In this document: piece by piece, positions 1 through 14,700 of the stretch
How the letters are laid out: each line of letters opens with the position of its first letter
Numbering within the stretch: the first letter of the stretch is position 1
Assembly: GCA_965202585.1 (NCBI GenBank)
Contig: OZ241827.1
Location: 51,336,001 to 51,400,000 of the forward strand
DNA: 64,000 nt
Reading direction: 5' to 3'
DNA from: Thalia democratica
Lineage: Eukaryota
Made by a program: the position numbers and the translations under genes
Notes under the pieces: generated by a model
The model's input: the letters and a program-made list of their open reading frames with translations, nothing else
Database searches by the model: none
Told to the model about the DNA's origin: nothing

Positions 1-1179
1 AAAAAATTTTTTGAGCAAATTTTTTTTTTTTCGTTTTTGTTCAATAAACTTTATTACAAAAGAAATAAGGTCAAATATTGATACTTTTAATATTGATACT
101 TTACTTTAGCTGAACATTTAAAAATTTAATAATTTTTTTTGTACTCAATTATTTTTATTCACTTTCGGAAAAATAGTAGTTTTATATGACTTAATCCTTT
201 TTTAAATGCAATATTAAATTTTTTTCATAATTTTTAAAAAGATGTTTAAGCTGTTAATATTAGTTTTCTTGTTGTTTGTAACTTAATTATTAATAAGTTT
301 CCAAAAAAAAAATCGTTTTTAATGAACTCAAGTTTAAGTTCAATGTCTAAACTTTCTTTAGAATAACCCTTAGGCTGAGCTTTCAAGCGAAAAAAACAAA
401 CAGATAACATTTAAAACTAGTTAAATTTTATTTTGCGAGTATCATGCTTATTTAAAATTTAAATAAGGCTGTTTTATTCTAGTAGTATGTTGAAAAACTT
501 TATCCTAAACACACACAACTAAATCCAAGATAAAAAAGAATTATGTACTTTACAATTTATAAGAAAGTGAGTACTAGAAAAACTTTTTTTTTTGTATCTT
601 ATTTGTCTTAAGATTTCTATAAAGTTTAACTTATATAATGTATTAAACTCCAAAAATCAACAAAAAACAACATTAATGATTTAGTTAATTTAGAATACTT
701 ATCTACAAAAATAAGAGCTCTAAATCTAAAAGTCTAAACTAGTTATTAAGATAACCTAGTACAATATTGATTGCTGTAATCTAGAGTTTCCAGCATATGG
801 GTATTGCGTAAATTTAGCGGTTGTAAATGCTATAGATCAGTAAAGAATTGCTAAAAGGCTAAAGTTGTCATACCAATTGAGCTCTCAAACGTAATATGCT
901 TTTGATTTTTTAAAACTAAAACTTCACGCTCGAGTAATTAAAGCAGTTTGTTTTATTAATTATAAACCACTCAGAGTTTTTTTAAATGATCTATAATCCA
1001 TAAAGCCTCCTTCGGGGCCAACTTAGCAAGTCCGGATGTTGTAGTAAGCTGCAAAGTGGCCAAAAGGGGGAATGGCATAAAAAATATAGAAGCCCTAAGG
1101 GGGTACTAAAGTAGATTCAGTAGATAAAATAGAGAAATTCAAATCTTTTAGATATTATAGCAAACACAAAAATCTTAGC

Positions 1180-1372
1180 CGAAACTTACACAAAGTATTT
1201 TGGGATTTGTTTTAAGGAGCAAAAAAAAGGTCTTATGCACAATTTACGGAAAGTTCAAAACTTACACTAGATACTTTAGGGGTTTGTACTGATAAACAAG
1301 AAAAAAAGATCTCAGTCAGGTACAAATTGCGGGGAATTTGAAACTTACACGAGGTATTTTGGGATTTGTAAT
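1180..1372. repeat. Degenerate tandem repeat of about 80 bp, 3 copies
   Basis: Core AAACTTACAC-n3-(G)TAYTTT-n-GGG-n-TTTGT at about 1182, 1258 and 1342. Confidence 0.5.
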
Positions 1373-2027
1373 AAGTGGAAGCAATCATTTTTCTAACTCT
1401 CTGAAAAAGAAATGTTTATGAAAGTTATTTTGGGAGACACTGCTAAAGACCATACTTGATGAAACAAGTTGCTTAATTCACACATTAATTACTAGAGCCT
1501 CGTTTACTAAAATAAAAAAAAACTGTATAGTATTTAATGTTCAGATAGATTAGCAACAATAGCATTCTTCCAGCACTACTAAGATCAAAGCTGCTGAATG
1601 TTAATTTCAGTTTATGCAAAATCATTTCATTCATACCTAGTAAGTTAGTTTTTTATGGAAAAGACTGTTGTTTTTGTTCTTGAAAATTTTCCAATATATT
1701 TTGGTAGTTACTTTTCGAAGTAATTTATTTTTGCTTTTAATTTAAGTTAATAAATCAGTCAATATTAAATAACTCTAAATCTAATTTTTTGAACTTTAAA
1801 AATTATTTAGTCGAATTTTTAAAGCTTTACTGCTATTAGTTTTTAACTGTAAATTTTTTACACTTTTTAAAATACTTAGTTGTTAAAGTTAAAAACTATG
1901 AAACATAATATCTCCTTACTACTGCTACCGTAACTAATAAAAGGCTTTTAAAAAGTACTTTTATATGTAGGTTTTATTTGACTATTCAATAAAAAAATAA
2001 TATAATGCTTTGTAAGTGAATGTAAAT

Positions 2028-2033
2028 TTTATT
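2028..2033 (-). terminator. Putative polyadenylation signal of the giant gene
   Basis: AATAAA on the minus strand about 165 nt after the stop, at the end of a slightly GC-richer UTR-like stretch; AATAAA is common by chance in this AT-rich DNA. Confidence 0.4.
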
Positions 2034-2198
2034 AGATATAATGCAACTGCGACAAATGACAGTAAAATAAGTTGTATAAAATAAGATAACAGTGTCGTAA
2101 ATGATACTAATATCACAGTGACAAGCGACCGAGCAGTTTAAAGTTATAAATGAGCAGTGGAAGAAAAATCAAAATGTCGCAGTCGTGAGTCGTAGAAT

Positions 2199-2713
2199 TT
2201 AATAATCGCCGCAACTAGAGCAGGCGCAGGACTTTATGACCGGAACGCTGATGGTGGTCTTGCTTCCGTCACCGCAAACAGCCGTCACCTCCTTCTGAGC
2301 AACCTCGCTCGGCTGGCAACAGTGGCAGTTTGACTGTAGAAAATAAAAGCTGATTAGTGTATAAACTATCAATAGTATTATATAAAATAGTTTTAGTTCA
2401 GTTAGTTTAACGGGGATCTTACAACAAAAAGGCATTTGTAAAGAGTTCTTAATAAAGAAATGATAACAATTGGGCTGTTTTAAATAAAAACTTCAAGTGG
2501 TTTATTGAAATTTAAATGTTCTAATATTTAAGTAATTTTGCGTAATCTTTTAAAGTCTACAAACTTGTATGTATGGTGGATACTGCAGCATAGTTGTGCT
2601 GGACGCGCAGCTTCCGGAGCACACGGATACTTCCTCCTCGTTCTCCGAGACGCATCCGTCAGCAGTGAAGAGTCGCTGAGTCTTCACCACTGGCTCACAG
2701 CTTTCCTTCTTAA
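2199..2713 (-). CDS. C-terminal cystine knot (CTCK), 11 Cys
   Basis: Exons 2565-2713 and 2199-2333 give [46 protein letters not shown]|[44 protein letters not shown], with the CxGxC and CxCC motifs of vWF/mucin knots. Confidence 0.93.
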
Positions 2714-5700
2714 CTGTGATGTCATATATTACTAAGACGTTTGTGTTAAACTAAAAACAGAGTGATTAATTTTACTCACAGAAATAGAAGCTAATGAAAA
2801 GGTATCTACACAAAATTTTCAAATTAAAAAAAGTAATGTTTCTTCATAAAAAAATAAAAGTTTACAAAAAGCTAACCACAAGTTGGGCAGCATTGGTCGT
2901 CAGAGTATTTAAGCTCATGTGTTTCGAAATCGCAGGCAACATCGCAGTGTTGTCGGTGGTCGACGCACGTGACAGAAGCCATTTTGTCGCAAGAACACTC
3001 CATACAGGGCCCATCGGTCCATGACGATCCATGTTTGTGAGATACGTTGTTGTATACACAGTCAGGTTCTTTTTTTAAGTGTTTATGCATGAGTTTTATG
3101 TTTAAAAAATATTTCTAAACACTTGCCTTTGTTAAAAAAAAATACCAAGAAGTATTATTTGCCAAAGGAACTTTTAAAATCGTTTTACTCATTGTTTTTA
3201 TCCACACAATATAATATTAACATTTAGATATTTGTCCAAAAAAATAAAAATAGAGAACAAAACAGTCAAACAAGTTGTAATTTTGATTAGTATATTAGTT
3301 TGAAGATTGAAAATAAAACACTAAAAAGTTGTTGTTTTTCACTTAATTAAGATATTTTACCTAAAATTGGTTTCAAACGACAGTTTCTTTCAAAGTTTTT
3401 TTAATTACTGTATATCACGAAACAAACCTTCCAGAACACAGGAGCAACAATCGTCAGAATCGGTACTCAACACGTGACCTTCAGGGCAAGCCGATATCGG
3501 ACAGAATTTACTGCAAGTTGAACTTCCATCTACGCACTTGCACATATGGCAACCGTCAACCCATTGGTTCTCCGGCTAAAATTTGGATTATGTCTTTTCA
3601 TGATTTTTAAAATTTAATAAAAAAAGATTGATTCTATTTAACAAAAAAATACAACAGTAAGAACTTATGTTTGTTAACAGATATTTTGAAGTTTTTATTA
3701 AAAATGTAAAATAGTCAAGTTGTCTTGTTTACTAGTTACAGTCATATTAGTTTGTAAACCAAGTTTGTTTCTTATATAAAAAATTAAACAAGAAAACATA
3801 CAGCTGGCTTGTTGTAGTCTACTCTATTAAAGTAGCAGTCGGTAGAAGTGGGTGGTGTGGTCCAGCTGGACGTCGGCTTCTTGGTGGTCGGCACTTGCAT
3901 GGTCGTCGTTGTCACGTTTATGAGTTGAGGCGCGCAGTAGCAGCACTTACCTGGTTGTTTTATTGCGTTTAACTATTTCGTTAGTCATAACTCTTTTTAT
4001 TAGTCAAACATTAAATTTAAATAGTAAAACTAGGAAGCTTTATAAAATTTCGAATACTTTCAGAGTTTTATTTTGTTACGAACCAAAAAAAAAGCTTGTA
4101 CATCCTTCGAGACCTAAACTGTTAAAAAATTGAAATACCTTCTTGGTTGACGAGGACTTGATCTTGTACCGAGCAGTCGCTTTCAGTTAACCTGCAGGAA
4201 TCGTACGTGCAAACTTCCTTGCTATCGACGCATTCGCAAAGCGCGCAGTCGCTCTTCCAGTACATGTCTCCCTCCTGCGAAAAAAAAAAGTATAGTTCCT
4301 GCGAAAATACAACTTAACCATAGTAAGTTTTTGTAGCTTGATTTATTTTGTTTCGTTAGCTGTCTTTCTTTTTTCAAAATCCGTGTCAATGCATGTAAAA
4401 TACTTTCAAAATATGAAAATAAGCGTGCGTCTAATGACAGAGGTGGCTTTAAATATTTTAAAACAGTTGTTTCTAATGTTTTGTAAACTTAATTAGATTA
4501 CTGCTGTCTTTGAACAATTGTCATTTACCATGTAAGTTTTATAGAGTAATAACCATTAAGTTTCTGCGAAAACGCAACAATAAAAACCAACGTTGTACGT
4601 TCTGCCCTCGTAAGTGCACTCCTTCTCGCAAGGTTCGTATTTGACGCACTTTCTCGTAACAGGGTCTTTTTCCTCTCCGTCCTCGCAAACGCACGTGTCG
4701 CACGTGTTGACCCTCGTCGATCCGCATCTTGTTGGCAGATGATCTGTGAATATCGAAACTTGTTAAAGCGATTAGGACCACCTACTAAAGCTACAAAATT
4801 AAGGTATGGTTTTATTAAATACTTTAACGGACAAACATACTTTAACATTTTTTGTAAAGTAGGAACCTGTTAAACTATTTTAAAAATAAGAAGTCTTAAA
4901 TATCTAGACTTGTTGATAAATATTTTAAAACTGAACTCTGACGAAAACAATTTTATTGAAATGTAATAAACTAACCAAAGTGCACTTGTTCGTCGCAAGT
5001 GATGGTGAACCTGCATTCTTCGGAACAAACTTCGGTGGCTGTAGTTGTTGACACTATACTCGATGTTGTTGTGATCTGAAAATTGTGGATAGACGCATTA
5101 TTTTTATCAAGAAAAAGCATTAGAAGAATGAATTACGATAAAAACTGTTTTGTTTGTTGTTACAACCTCACATCATTTTAATAAAAAAACTATAAGTTAT
5201 ATGTTTTTGTAAAATATGTTTAAGAAAGTGGAATCGCTATAGTACAAAACTACAGATTTACATTTTTTTAACTATGTTTAGTTATATTTAATAGTCTAAG
5301 TCATTATCAAATTAAACCAAGTGATCAAGTTTGTTCAAAAGTTATGAAATATCTAGAATTAAAAATGCATACATTTGCTCTTGGTGTTGAAGTAGTTGTA
5401 TCACAAGGAACAGACTTCTTCGTAATTCTACTGTCAGCATTGCAATAAACAACGTAACATTTTCCAAAGAAAGTAACTCTGTTAATTTCTTCACCTGTGA
5501 AAAAGCAGTAAAAATAGTAAGCAGATATTAAAATAAGTTAGTTAATTACAATTATAAAATAACAAACCTGGCATGTATTGGAAGTTGTTGTATTGACAGT
5601 ATTTAGTTGGCTCAGTTGTTTCTACAAATGGAGTAGAAGTTGATGATGCTGTAGTTGGGCAGTTAACCGTCTTGTTTGCAATATTGCTATCAAGATCGCA

Positions 5701-8700
5701 GTATACAAGTACACATCCAGAATTAACAACAACAATTCCAATGACATCACCTGTGATATAAAAAAATATTGCTTGTTTTTACTATAAAAATTTGCTTATG
5801 GTCATTTTGATAAAATTACCTGGTGCATAAACAAAGTTTTTCCATTCACAAACGCTTGGTGTTACTTGCCTAGGTGTAACTGTAACAACTTCTTCTGTAG
5901 TTCTTGTTTCTTCAGTTGTTGTTACCTTTTGATATTATTAAAATTATTAATAAAGTTTGCTTAAAATGTCTAACAACTATTTTGTTATTAGATTAGAATT
6001 TAAATATATAATTTAAGAAAATGTATGCTAAATAAAAGCTTGAGTAACATACTTGTTTTAATTAATGAACTTATAAACTCTTAACAAACGTTGTAAAAAG
6101 AGCCCATCTTAGCTGAAGTAAAAGTTAAAAAAGTTATTAGGATTAAATTTATTATAGGAAATACTAAATATGTACCTCAGGTGTAGGTGTAGTTGTGCAT
6201 TCAACAGTTTTGTTAACTACTTCGCTGTTTTCATCACAATAGACCATGAAACAAGTTCCGTCTGAGTTGACACTTCCAATAATTTGTCCTGAAAAGAAAA
6301 AGTTTTCAATAAAAAAATGTCTAATTAGCTTATAGTAGTTCTCTAAGATCAAACAAGTTACCTGGAGTAAACTGTAAGTGATTCCATTCGCAATGTTTTT
6401 CAACAATTTCAGTTGTTGTAACAACGAATGGTGTTGTTGTATCGTCGTTATCAGTAGAAGTTGTAGTGAAAATATCGCTAACTGTGCTTGTATCCTAAGA
6501 TTTAGAAAACGTTTGAGTAAAACTTAGTTTATGGCAAATTATTAGATTAATACGATTGTCGTATACGAATGATAAGCACTATTTCAACTTACCGGTCTTG
6601 TTGTTGATGGACAATTAACAGACTTCTTTTTGATCTCGCTATCCTTGTCGCAGTAAACAAGGAAGCAGTCTTCTCTGACGAGAATAATACCGATCATCTG
6701 ACCTGCTTCATAGACAAACTGGTTGTAGACACATTGCTTTGGTTTAGTTGTTACAATTGCTGTTGTGGAAGTTTCAATTGATGTAGTAGTTTCAACATCT
6801 ACTGGTGTTGTTGTTGTACTTACTGGTGACTCACATTGGATTTCTTTTTTGGAAATTTTGCTGTTAGAATCACAATAAACAAGGTAACATGTTCCCTGGA
6901 ATACAACTCTTCCTACTTCTTGACCTAAGATTTTGAACTTGTTAGTAATGCAAGAAACTTATCAAGAATATTGAGACGTAATCAAATAAACCTGGCATGT
7001 ATTGGAAGTTGTTGTATTGACAGTATTTAGTTGGCTCAGTTGTTTCTACAAATGGAGTAGAAGTTGATGATGCTGTAGTTGGGCAGTTAACCGTCTTGTT
7101 TGCAATATTGCTATCAAGATCGCAGTATACAAGTACACATCCAGAATCAACAACAACAATTCCAATGACATCACCTGTAATTCGAAAAAATAGATTGTTT
7201 GTCAGTTTTATATTTTGCTGATGATTCTTGTTTCTTAAATTAAATTTACCTGGTGCATAAACAAAGTTCTTCCATTCACAAACGCTTGGTGTTACTTGCC
7301 TAGGTGTAACTGTAACCACTTCTTCTGTAGTTCTTGTTTCTTCAGTTGTTGTTACCTTTTGACATTATTGAAATTATTAATAAAGTTTGCTTAAAATGTC
7401 TAACAACTATTTTTTTATTAGATTAGAAATTAAATGTATAATTTAAGAAAATGTATGCTAAATAAAAGCTTGAGTAACATACTTGTTTTAATTAATGAAC
7501 TTATAAACTCTTAACAAACGTTGTAAAAAGAGCCCATCTTAGCTGAAGTAAAAGTTAAAAAAGTTATTAGGATTAAATTTATTATAGGAAATACTAAATA
7601 TGTACCTCAGGTGTAGGTGTAGTTGTGCATTCAACAGTTTTGTTAACTACTTCGCTGTTTTCATCACAATAGACCATGAAACAAGTTCCGTCTGAGTTGA
7701 CACTTCCAATAATTTGTCCTGAAAAGAAAAAGTTTTCAATAAAAAATGTCTAATTAGCTTATTGTAATTCTCTAAGATCAAACAAGTTACCTGGAGTAAA
7801 TTGTAAGTGATTCCATTCGCAATGTTTTTCAACAATTTCAGTTGTTGTAACAACGAATGGTGTTGTTGTATCGTCGTTATCAGTAGAAGTTGTGGTGAAA
7901 ATATCGCTAACTGTGCTTGTATCCTAAGATTTAGAAAACGTTTGAGTAAAACTTAGTTTATGGCAAATTATTAGATTAATACGATTGTCGTATACGAATG
8001 ATAAGCACTATTTCAACTTACCGGTCTTGTAGTTGATGGACAATCAACAGACTTCTTTTTGATCTCGCTATCCTTGTCGCAGTAAACAAGGAAGCAGTCT
8101 TCTCTGACGAGAACAATACCGATCATCTGACCTGCTTCATAGACAAACTGGTTGTAGACACATTGCTTTGGCTTAGTTGTTACAATTGCTGTTGTGGAAG
8201 TTTCAATTGATGTAGTAGTTTCAACATCTACTGGTGTTGTTGTTGTACTTACTGGTGACTCACATTGGACTTCTTTTTTGGAAATTTTGCTGTTAGAATC
8301 ACAATAAACAAGGTAACATGTTCCCTGGAATACAACTCTTCCTACTTCTTGACCTAAGATTTTGAACTTGTTAGTAATGCAAGAAACTTATCAAGAATAT
8401 TGAGACGTAATCAAATAAACCTGGCATGTATTGGAAGTTGTTGTATTGACAGTATTTAGTTGGCTCAGTTGTTTCTACAAATGGAGTAGAAGTTGATGAT
8501 GCTGTAGTTGGGCAGTTAACCGTCTTGTTTGCAATATTGCTATCAAGATCGCAGTATACAAGTACACATCCATAATCAACAACAACAATTCCAATGACAT
8601 CACCTGTAATTCGAAAAAATAGATTGTTTGTCAGTTTTATATTTTGCTGATGATTCTTGTTTCTTAAATTAAATTTACCTGGTGCATAAACAAAGTTCTT

Positions 8701-11700
8701 CCATTCACAAACGCTTGGTGTTACTTGCCTAGGTGTAACTGTAACCACTTCTTCTGTAGTTCTTGTTTCTTCAGTTGTTGTTACCTTTTGACATTATTGA
8801 AATTATTAATAAAGTTTGCTTAAAATGTCTAACAACTATTTTTTTATTAGATTAGAAATTAAATGTATAATTTAAGAAAATGTATGCTAAATAAAAGCTT
8901 GAGTAACATACTTGTTTTAATTAATGAACTTATAAACTCTTAACAAACGTTGTAAAAAGAGCCCATCTTAGCTGAAGTAAAAGTTAAAAAAGTTATTAGG
9001 ATTAAATTTATTATAGGAAATACTAAATATGTACCTCAGGTGTAGGTGTAGTTGTGCATTCAACAGTTTTGTTAACTACTTCGCTGTTTTCATCACAATA
9101 GACCATGAAACAAGTTCCGTCTGAGTTGACACTTCCAATAATTTGTCCTGAAAAGAAAAAGTTTTCAATAAAAAAATGTCTAATTAGCTTATTGTAGTTC
9201 TCTAAGATCAAACAAGTTACCTGGAGTAAATTGTAAGTGATTCCATTCGCAATGTTTTTCAACAATTTCAGTTGTTGTAACAACGAATGGTGTTGTTGTA
9301 TCGTCGTTATCAGTAGAAGTTGTAGTGAAAATATCGCTAACTGTGCTTGTATCCTAAGATTTAGAAAACGTTTGAGTAAAACTTAGTTTATGGCAAATTA
9401 TTAGATTAATACGATTGTCGTATACGAATGATAAGCACTATTTCAACTTACCGGTCTTGTTGTTGATGGACAATCAACAGACTTCTTTTTGATCTCGCTA
9501 TCCTTGTCGCAGTAAACAAGGAAGCAGTCTTCTCTGACGAGAACAATACCGATCATCTGACCTGCTTCATAGACAAACTGGTTGTAGACACATTGCTTTG
9601 GTTTAGTTGTTACAATTGCTGTTGTGGAAGTTTCAATTGATGTAGTAGTTTCAACATCTACTGGTGTTGTTGTTGTACTTACTGGTGACTCACATTGGAC
9701 TTCTTTTTTGGAAATTTTGCTGTTAGAATCACAATAAACAAGGTAACATGTTCCCTGGAATACAACTCTTCCTACTTCTTGACCTAAGATTTTGAACTTG
9801 TTAGTAATGCAAGAAACTTATCAAGAATATTGAGACGTAATCAAATAAACCTGGCATGTATTGGAAGTTGTTGTATTGACAGTATTTAGTTGGCTCAGTT
9901 GTTTCTACAAATGGAGTAGAAGTTGATGATGCTGTAGTTGGGCAGTTAACCGTCTTGTTTGCAATATTGCTATCAAGATCGCAGTATACAAGTACACATC
10001 CAGAATCAACAACAACAATTCCAATGACATCACCTGTAATTCGAAAAAATAGATTGTTTGTCAGTTTTATATTTTGCTGATGATTCTTGTTTCTTAAATT
10101 AAATTTACCTGGTGCATAAACAAAGTTCTTCCATTCACAAACGCTTGGTGTTACTTGCCTAGGTGTAACTGTAACCACTTCTTCTGTAGTTCTTGTTTCT
10201 TCAGTTGTTGTTACCTTTTGACATTATTGAAATTATTAATAAAGTTTGCTTAAAATGTCTAACAACTATTTTTTTATTAGATTAGAAATTAAATGTATAA
10301 TTTAAGAAAATGTATGCTAAATAAAAGCTTGAGTAACATACTTGTTTTAATTAATGAACTTATAAACTCTTAACAAACGTTGTAAAAAGAGCCCATCTTA
10401 GCTGAAGTAAAAGTTAAAAAAGTTATTAGGATTAAATTTATTATAGGAAATACTAAATATGTACCTCAGGTGTAGGTGTAGTTGTGCATTCAACAGTTTT
10501 GTTAACTACTTCGCTGTTTTCATCACAATAGACCATGAAACAAGTTCCGTCTGAGTTGACACTTCCAATAATTTGTCCTGAAAAGAAAAAGTTTTCAATA
10601 AAAAATGTCTAATTAGCTTATTGTAATTCTCTAAGATCAAACAAGTTACCTGGAGTAAATTGTAAGTGATTCCATTCGCAATGTTTTTCAACAATTTCAG
10701 TTGTTGTAACAACGAATGGTGTTGTTGTATCGTCGTTATCAGTAGAAGTTGTAGTGAAAATATCGCTAACTGTGCTTGTATCCTAAGATTTAGAAAACGT
10801 TTGAGTAAAACTTAGTTTATGGCAAATTATTAGATTAATACGATTGTCGTATACGAATGATAAGCACTATTTCAACTTACCGGTCTTGTTGTTGATGGAC
10901 AATTAACAGACTTCTTTTTGATCTCGCTATCCTTGTCGCAGTAAACAAGGAAGCAGTCTTCTCTGACGAGAACAATACCGATCATCTGACCTGCTTCATA
11001 GACAAACTGGTTGTAGACACATTGCTTTGGTTTAGTTGTTACAATTGCTGTTGTGGAAGTTTCAATTGATGTAGTAGTTTCAACATCTACTGGTGTTGTT
11101 GTTGTACTTACTGGTGACTCACATTGGACTTCTTTTTTGGAAATTTTGCTGTTAGAATCACAATAAACAAGGTAACATGTTCCCTGGAATACAACTCTTC
11201 CTACTTCTTGACCTAAGATTTTGAACTTGTTAGTAATGCAAGAAACTTATCAAGAATATTGAGACATAACTAAATAAACCTGGCATGTATTGGAAGTTGT
11301 TGTATTGACAGTATTTAGTTGGCTCAGTTGTTTCTACAAATGGAGTAGAAGTTGATGATGCTGTAGTTGGGCAGTTAACCGTCTTGTTTGCAATATTGCT
11401 ATCAAGATCGCAGTATACAAGTACACATCCAGAATCAACAACAACAATTCCAATGACATCACCTGTAATTCAAAAAAATATTGCTTGTTTTTACTATAAA
11501 ATTTGCTTATAAGTCTTGTTTTTAATAAAATTACCTGGTGCATAAACAAAGTTCTTCCATTCACAAACGCTTGGTGTTACTTGTCTTGGTGTAACTGTAA
11601 CCACTTCTTCTGTAGTTCTTGTTTCTTCAGTTGTTGTTACCTTTTGACATTATTTAATTAATTAATAAAGTTTGCTTAAAATGTCTAACAACTATTTTGT

Positions 11701-14700
11701 TATTAGAGTAGAATTAAAAATTTAACTTAAGAAATTGTAAGCTACTAAAAAGCTTGAGTAATTTATTGGTCTAGTTAATGAACCTTTAAGCCCTTTAAGA
11801 GAAGTTTTAACAAAAGACAACCTTCGCTAAAGAAAAACTTTAATCGGATTTTGAATTAAAATATTTATTTAATAATATATCTTATGTACCTCAGGTTGAG
11901 TTGTAGATGTGCATGCAACAGTTTTGTTAACAATCTCGCTGTTTTCATCACAGTATACCATGAAACAAGTTCCGTCTGAGTTGACACTTCCAATAATTTG
12001 TCCTGAAAAGAAAAAGTTTTGACTAAAAAAGTGTCTAATTAGGTTATTGTAGTTCTCTAAGATCAAACAAGTTACCTGGAGTAAATTGTAAGTGATTCCA
12101 TTCGCAATGTTTTTCAACAATTTCAGTTGTTGTAACAACAAATGGTGTTGTTGTATCGTCGTTATCGTCAGGTGTTGTAGTGAAAATATCAGTAACTGGG
12201 TTTGTGTCCTTTATTTTTTAAATAATTTTTAGCTATTTATCGAGCAGAGGTATGAAATAGTTTCATATAAATTAAATTTTCATAGAGTTTAAAGTTTAAC
12301 TCACTGGTCTTGTTGTTGATGGACAATCAACGGACTTCTTTTTGATCTCGCTATCCTTGTCGCAATAAACAAGGAAGCAATCTTCTCTGACGAGAACAAT
12401 ACCGATCATCTGACCTGCTTCATAGACAAACTGGTTGTAGACACATTGTTTTGGCTTAGTTGTTACAATTGCTGTTGTGGAAGTTTCAATTGATGTAGTA
12501 GTTTCAACATCTACTGGTGTTGTTGTTGTACTTACTGGTGACTCACATTGGACTTCTTTTTTGGAAATTTTGCTGTTAGAATCACAATAAACAAGGTAAC
12601 ATGTTCCCTGGAATACAACTCTTCCTACTTCTTGACCTAAGATTTTGAACTTGTTAGTAATGCAAGAAACTTATCAAGAATATTGAGACGTAATTAAATA
12701 AACCTGGCATGTATTGAAAGTTGTTGTATTGACAATATTTAGTTGGCTCAGTTGTTTCTACAAATGGAGTAGAAGTTGATGATGCTGTAGTTGGGCAGTT
12801 AACTGTCTTGTTTGCAATATTGCTATCAAGATCGCAGTATACAAGTACACATCCAGAATCAACAACAACAATTCCAATGACATCACCTGTAATTCAAAAA
12901 AATATTGCTTGTTTTTACTATAAAATTAGCTTATAAGTCTTGTTTTTAATAAAATTACCTGGTGCATAAACAAAGTTCTTCCATTCACAAACGCTTGGTG
13001 TTACTTGTCTTGGTGTAACTGTAACAACTTCTTTTGTTGTTCTTGTTTCTTCAGTTGTTGTCACCTTTTAAAAATTATGAATTAATTGTCAGTTCTAAAA
13101 ATAAATGCAAGCTAGAAGTATGTTTTTGAGAAAACTCACTTTAACACATGAAATAGACAACTTCAAAAATACATAGGTGTAAATTAAGCTTTATTTAAGT
13201 TTTATTTTTAGTTTTTCTGTCTTGATATTGTGAAACTGGTGTTTCTAAATAATTTTCCAAAATTTTTTAAACTGTTTCACCTCAACCGTTAAAGTTGATA
13301 TTTTTTATGGTATTTTAGATTGAAAAAGCACGAATTTGGTCAAAAAATGTATCATTTAATGCATTACCTTAGGTTGAGTTGTAGTTGTTGTGCAGTCAAC
13401 AGTTTTGTTAACAATTTCGCTGTTTTCATTACAATATACCATGAAACAAGTTCCGTCCGAACTAATTTTTCCGATCAATTGACCTACATTAATTTGAAAT
13501 ACTTAGTTCCACTTAAAAAAAACAATAAAATATGACGTTTTTATCTGTACCTGGTTTAAATTGTAAGTGATTCCATTCGCAATTCTTTTCAGTAATCTCG
13601 GTCGTGCTTGTTTCAACTGTAGTTGTTTCGTTGAAGTTGTTTTTCGTAGTAAAACCGGTTGTTACTGTTGTTGAATCCTAGACAAAAGAATTTTTACATA
13701 AAGAATTGCAAGGTTGTTAGTTATTCTTTCAAAACTATTTTAAAAAACTGAGTAAAAAAGAGCTTTTAAGTAAAAGTCTTACAGGATTGATTGTAGTTGG
13801 GCAAGCAACGGACTTCTTTCTGATCTGGCTTTGCTTATCGCAATAAACAAGGAAACAGTTTTCTCGGAAGGCAACTATTCCAATCATTTGACCTGTACAG
13901 TACAAAATACTTGTTTAGTTTTACGTCATACACAAAAGTTATAAAGTAGAAGTATATTTAGTCCTTTTCAAGCCTACTTTTTTTTTGACTATTTACGTTT
14001 TAAGACAAACAAAGTTCTAAAGTGAGATAAACTTTATAATTAAACCAATCTCATAAACTTTAACGTTTATTAGAGAGTAATGTACTTATTGATATCAAAT
14101 AGTTAAGTTGTTTTTTTCAAAAATAGTAAAATAAATTGCTTGTTTTACCTGGCTCATAGTCGAAGTTTTTGTACTGACATTTTTCATTAGAAATTCCCGT
14201 TGTAGTTGTCTGTTAAAAAAGTAATATGTATTTGTTTTACTTTTGTTTACTTAAAATTAGCAGCTGTTAAAAACTTATAAACCGAAGTCTTAAAAATAAA
14301 GCAACTAAACTAACCGGCTCTGGTAACTCAGTTGGGCAGGTGTATTTTTCCTTGACAATGTTAAGCTGATCGTTGCAGTAAACTCGGTAACATACGCCGT
14401 CGAACGCCGACGACCCAATTACTTCGCCTGTTTGTTTTCCCATGTTAGATTGAAAAAAGAAACTTACTCAAAATGGTAGTTAAAAATATAAAATCAACCT
14501 TTGGATAAAAAACTCATACCTGGCCTGTATTTGAAGTTGTTGTACCAGCAAGCCATTTCTTCGGTCGTTGAAACTGGTTTCGGTTGTGTTGTGCTTTCAG
14601 TTACTTTTTGTGTTGTCTGTAAAAGACTTGAATTCAAAAGTTGTTAAGTTTTTTCAATAGTTTAAGCTGCATGCTGCAGTTAAAGTAAACGGTTAAGACA

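Noticed and set aside
3945-3953. CAG|GTAAGT at an exon start, resembling a recursive splice (ratchet) site
   Set aside because: It encodes G-K-C-C, which completes a VWC domain; skipping the exon would join phase 1 to phase 0 and shift the frame, and the flanking introns are short.
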